DNA from: Takakia lepidozioides
Lineage: Eukaryota; Plantae; Bryophyta
Direction of reading: 5' to 3'
DNA: 64,000 nt
Assembly: GCA_030704615.1 (NCBI GenBank)
Contig: CM060734.1
Coordinates: 43,090,001-43,154,000, forward strand
The notes beneath the pieces were generated by a model. The model saw nothing but the letters and a program-made list of their open reading frames with translations, ran no database searches and was not told the origin of the DNA. The stretch's first letter is position 1. Each line of letters begins with the position of its first letter. A program made the position numbers and the translations under genes. Shown here piece after piece: positions 61,201 through 64,000 of this stretch.

Positions 61201-63139
61201 TCAGCTTGAAGCTATTGAGATAGTGCCCAAGGCTATAACCCTCCTTGCAGCTGAACTCGCAAGCGAATTCTTGCATCAGCTGATGATCTAAATAGGACAC
61301 GTTCTGACCCTCATTGATAGCAGTGGCCACCACTCTGCTGTCCTCTAACCTCTGCCCAACCCTCTCTTCTCCCTCACCCTCTGCTTGTCGAATCTAGTGG
61401 GGGAGGTCTGGCCACAACACATGGTACTTCAATGAGTCAAACCTCTCAATTTTTTCACTCAATTTTGATAGGCTAGCGGTCTTTGTTACTTTCATGTTCT
61501 CTTTTGGCAACACAAGCTTTGTGATCAAGTTCATTGGAGACCCAGACAAAGATAGCACTTTGTATGAGGTGTCAGAATAGCTGGCATTAAGAAGGGCTCA
61601 AGTGACCAAGGGAGGCTTCGCACATACAGGTGGTGATGGCACAACAATTGGCAGTAATTAAGAGGCCGAAATATCGGCAGCTGGCAATGGTTTGGTCTGT
61701 CCTCATTCTAGCACCTACATTACTTGAGACCAAGGTGCCATCCCCAGTTCCTCCCCCAACACTAAAGCTCGTAAACCTTGGAAAGCTTGACATAAAGAAG
61801 ACTACTCACAATCTGCGAGACATGAGAAGGGCTCCCAACAACAACGTTGACATGGGTATCTTCACTGTACTTTAATTGACCAACAATCTTGGAGTTTAGA
61901 AGCCTAAGGGCAACTACATTTGTTGTGAAGTTTCCGGACAGACCTTACTTAAAATGAAACACACACAAAAGGAGTCCATTGGAAACAACACAGCTAAGAA
62001 AGAACTCATAAGAAGCTGTTTGCCGTAGCCTTATGGCCATAGCAACAACACAGCTAAGAACAAAGAAATGACTGAAGACTAGTCTTGTTTAACTAATGAC
62101 AAGCTAGTTCATGATGAATACAGATACAGACATTTCTGCGGTCCACCTTTACTGTTCACACCAAAAGTGTGAGTCAGACATAACGTTATAAGGTAACGAG
62201 TCACAGATCAAGCAATTGGGGTTTCCTCTTAACTAAAACAATGATTGTAAAGAGAATGCAATATCTTTTGGACTGCATATTTGGAACAGAGTTAGTCAAA
62301 GGACAACTTAGTTCATATGATTATTCTCATATGAGGCCTCCCTCATGTGGACGTTCCCAACTCAGTTAGTGTTTATGGCCTCAAGTGAACCTGCACCTTG
62401 GATCCCAATACATTACACTGGAAAACCATTGGCAGGGACGCAGCAGGGAAAGTGGCCTATCTCAGCAAATGTAGCCAACGGCCTCGACCGTTGGATACGT
62501 TTTGTAGACCTGGTGGGTGACCGGGCTGGCCTTGTAGTCACTCAAAGCCTATTTGCCACAGTGTCAGCAACCCTGAAGATGGCTGCTGGTTCCCATACAC
62601 TGTCAAAACAGCTCAGTGTGGAGGCCTTGTTGGAGCAAGGGCACAAAGTCGACATGGCCGTTCACTCAAAACAACTACTTGAGGCATTTCAGCAGGTATC
62701 CTTCTTAAGACTAGACCTATCAGTAATTTTTTTCTGTCTATGAACCAGAGTGCACTGTAGAAAAGAGGCAAACATGTCCTATACAGCCACCCCACACCAT
62801 TGTGTTGGTGTTCATCATCCCTTTTAATTGGGCAGAAGGTTGAGGTTGATTACTCTAACACTGAAAATTGCACTTACTTCTATAAATGTTACTGTTTTGC
62901 AGGGTAAAGGGAGGGTGAATCTGCTTGACCACACTGAGGCAAATCTATTTGTGCCTGCTCATCCCAACCTTGTCGAGACCCCCAAGGCTGGAAACCTCGG
63001 CAAGAGGCTGAATCAGCTGAGCGTAGAGCTCCGTTCAATTGAACTATGCAAGGCTTCCCATTCTTTCGTGGTATTGAGAGCCCGCGAGCTGTTGCGGTGG
63101 GCAGAGGAAGAAGAAAGAAAGAAAAAGAAAGAGGAATAG
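43239..63139 (+). CDS. Giant coiled-coil protein (about 2118 aa, 21 exons) with a C-terminal Peptidase-M48-like domain lacking HEXXH
   Basis: Exons 43239-43809, 44052-44242, 44354-44545, 44863-45043, 46019-46153, 46505-47511, 47856-48218, 48448-48751, 49100-49296, 49498-49725, 49947-50156, 50291-51016, 51374-51526, 53107-53331, 53745-54263, 59845-59967, 60358-60516, 60928-61077, 61630-61855, 62436-62695, 62903-63139. Total 6357 nt with all phases matching. The true start could lie further upstream. Confidence 0.75.
45378..45420 (+). mobile_element. Degenerate LINE family B 3' tail
   Basis: GGCCACAAGGCTGTGGCAAAGAACATCTTGCGAGTACAT followed by TCTCTC. Confidence 0.8.
46717..47094 (+). repeat. 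In-frame coding tandem repeat, three copies of 43 aa (129, 129 and 120 bp)
   Basis: AVASTELDTITGKAPPGKVMKDELLIKQSEIIPQFAMLPEMKP units start at 46717, 46846 and 46975. Confidence 0.95.
51581..51622 (+). mobile_element. LINE family B 3' tail (about 42 bp)
   Basis: Exact tail sequence with TC-rich flanks and an imperfect duplication (TCT...CTGCTC). Confidence 0.9.
51723..51752 (-). mobile_element. LINE family B 3' tail (30 bp) with a 17-bp TSD
   Basis: CAGAGACCAACAAAAGA at 51706-51722 and 51753-51769. Confidence 0.9.
51887..52146 (+). mobile_element. Miniature LTR retroelement (TRIM) with tRNA-like LTRs, internally deleted
   Basis: Termini TGTTGGA...TCCAACA; 5-bp TSD CAAAA (51882-51886, 52147-52151); 5' LTR remnant 51887-51970 matches 52004-52087 at 83 of 84 nt; PPT TTGAGGGGGAG ends at 52003; 3' LTR is 52004-52146. 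Confidence 0.9.
52056..52128 (+). ncRNA. tRNA-like sequence (Pol III A and B boxes) inside the LTR; not a functional tRNA gene
   Basis: A box TAGCTCAGTGGT (52063-52074) and B box GGTTCAATCCC (52106-52116). D stem GCTC/GAGC, anticodon stem CCCCA/TGGGG and T stem CTAGG/CCTAG all pair, but the acceptor stem does not. TTTT at 52137-52140. Confidence 0.8.
52586..52797 (-). mobile_element. 5'-truncated LINE family B copy (about 210 bp)
   Basis: Reverse complement of about 59505-59711; translates ...EDIWKTRIN...GVNGHKATANNVL. Confidence 0.92.
54402..54870 (+). mobile_element. 5'-truncated LINE family B copy (about 470 bp) after a (CT)n tract
   Basis: Collinear with about 59243-59711. Confidence 0.93.
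55663..57780 (+). mobile_element. 5'-truncated non-LTR retrotransposon family A (RTE/RTEX-like) with a nearly intact RT
   Basis: QAGFR, FVDFHKAFDSV, GVKQGCPLSP, LLYADD and YLGL; C-terminal SHNLRIETGRW...CPGC...ETEEHFFFYCP; (CATTT)n tail; (TC)n on both sides. Confidence 0.93.
57797..59711 (+). mobile_element. 5'-truncated non-LTR retrotransposon family B (RTE/RTEX-like), with stops and a frameshift
   Basis: GNYRGITLL, QAGFR, FLDVKKAYDTV, GVAQGCTLSP, MFADD and YLGV; C-terminal CPLC...EDNIHFLIHCP. The ORF ends at the element's 3' end, between (TC)n and (CA)n(CT)n. Confidence 0.93.
59756..59792 (+). mobile_element. LINE family B 3' tail (37 bp) with a 17-bp TSD
   Basis: TCTCTCTCCTCATAAGG at 59739-59755 and 59793-59809. 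Confidence 0.92.
62001..62043 (-). mobile_element. LINE family B 3' tail (about 43 bp) with a 17-bp TSD
   Basis: AACAACACAGCTAAGAA at 61984-62000 and 62044-62060. Confidence 0.88.
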
Positions 63140-64000
63140 GAAGAGGAGAATGATTGAAGAAGATCAGGAACTGATGAGGAAGGAAGAAGAAGACGAAGAA
63201 GAAGAAAGGAAACGAAGAATGATGCTCATCGGAGACAGCCCGCCGTGACAGCCAAATCTTAATGGCAGTTGCGTTCCTTACAGTTCCCTGTGGCAACCAG
63301 GAAGACCTAACCAAAGGCAAGGCCCCACCCAACGTCTGGAGAACAGCATACGGTCACGTGCTTGAGTCAAGATCATCTACATCGTAGTCCCACTGCCCTC
63401 ATGTATCTCTCGCAAGCTCACAGTGGGCACGTAAAGACAGCCCATCTAGAGAGTGCAATGGGGAGAGTGCAATGGGGAGCACTTCGATTGAATGCATAAC
63501 CACCCTGCTTGATGCAATTCATCACAGGGTCTATCTATTCAATGTACATGACTCTTTTTCCTATAATGTGGACGTTGAAGTCCCTATCTCTGATACCTCC
63601 AAGATCCCGGTGTCCCACTTCGTAGGTACTCACACTAATATTTGTTCAAACCTTTCTACATGGGATAGGAGTACTTTGACATGAAATGATGAAACCAAAG
63701 AAACTTACACATCGCGCATGGGAGATTTGCCATTGGAGATTCTCGCACCAGCTCCTCATGGGTACTGGAAATATTCACTCAATGTCAAACATCCAGAGAA
63801 CCCAAACTCCCACGCCATGTCCACGCAATCTGCGAGAGGAGCACGCAGATCGGATGCAGACTCTCTCTCAAATTCCTCGAGTTCTTCAATCTGGTATTCA
63901 GTATTACATGTATCCGAAGACAGCTGCATGGAATTCTCCACGAAGTCGATTTCATGCACATTGGGTGGGCAAAGCATCGGATTATTTCAAACACTCCACG

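Noticed and set aside
63240-64000. Exon-like minus-strand sequence at the window end
   Set aside because: Stops in all frames, no recognisable domain, and truncated by the window edge.

Overview
Eukaryotic, intron-rich plant DNA; the gene and TE content suggests a non-seed land plant (inference). 0-13 kb is transposon-derived: a spliced, decayed gene with a ParB/Srx-type DGNHR motif bracketed by seven copies of a palindrome (core TTGCGTYRACGCAA), joined directly to a 5'-truncated Gypsy element with extra 3' ORFs and a 3' LTR, then an intron-containing PsaE fragment and a 1.9-kb TIR element. 13-41 kb holds host genes: a stand-alone beta-lactamase-fold hydrolase, LIR1, NAR1, an 18-exon SAPS/PP6R gene and a matrix metalloproteinase. 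43-63 kb is one 21-exon gene (about 2118 aa, all exon phases consistent by hand) that joins long coiled coils to a Peptidase-M48-like domain lacking HEXXH. Its introns carry a 260-bp LTR mini-element with tRNA-like LTRs, two RTEX-like LINEs in (TC)n tracts, and several ultra-short LINE 3' tails with 17-bp TSDs. All assignments are from reading the sequence and recalled family motifs; no searches were run.
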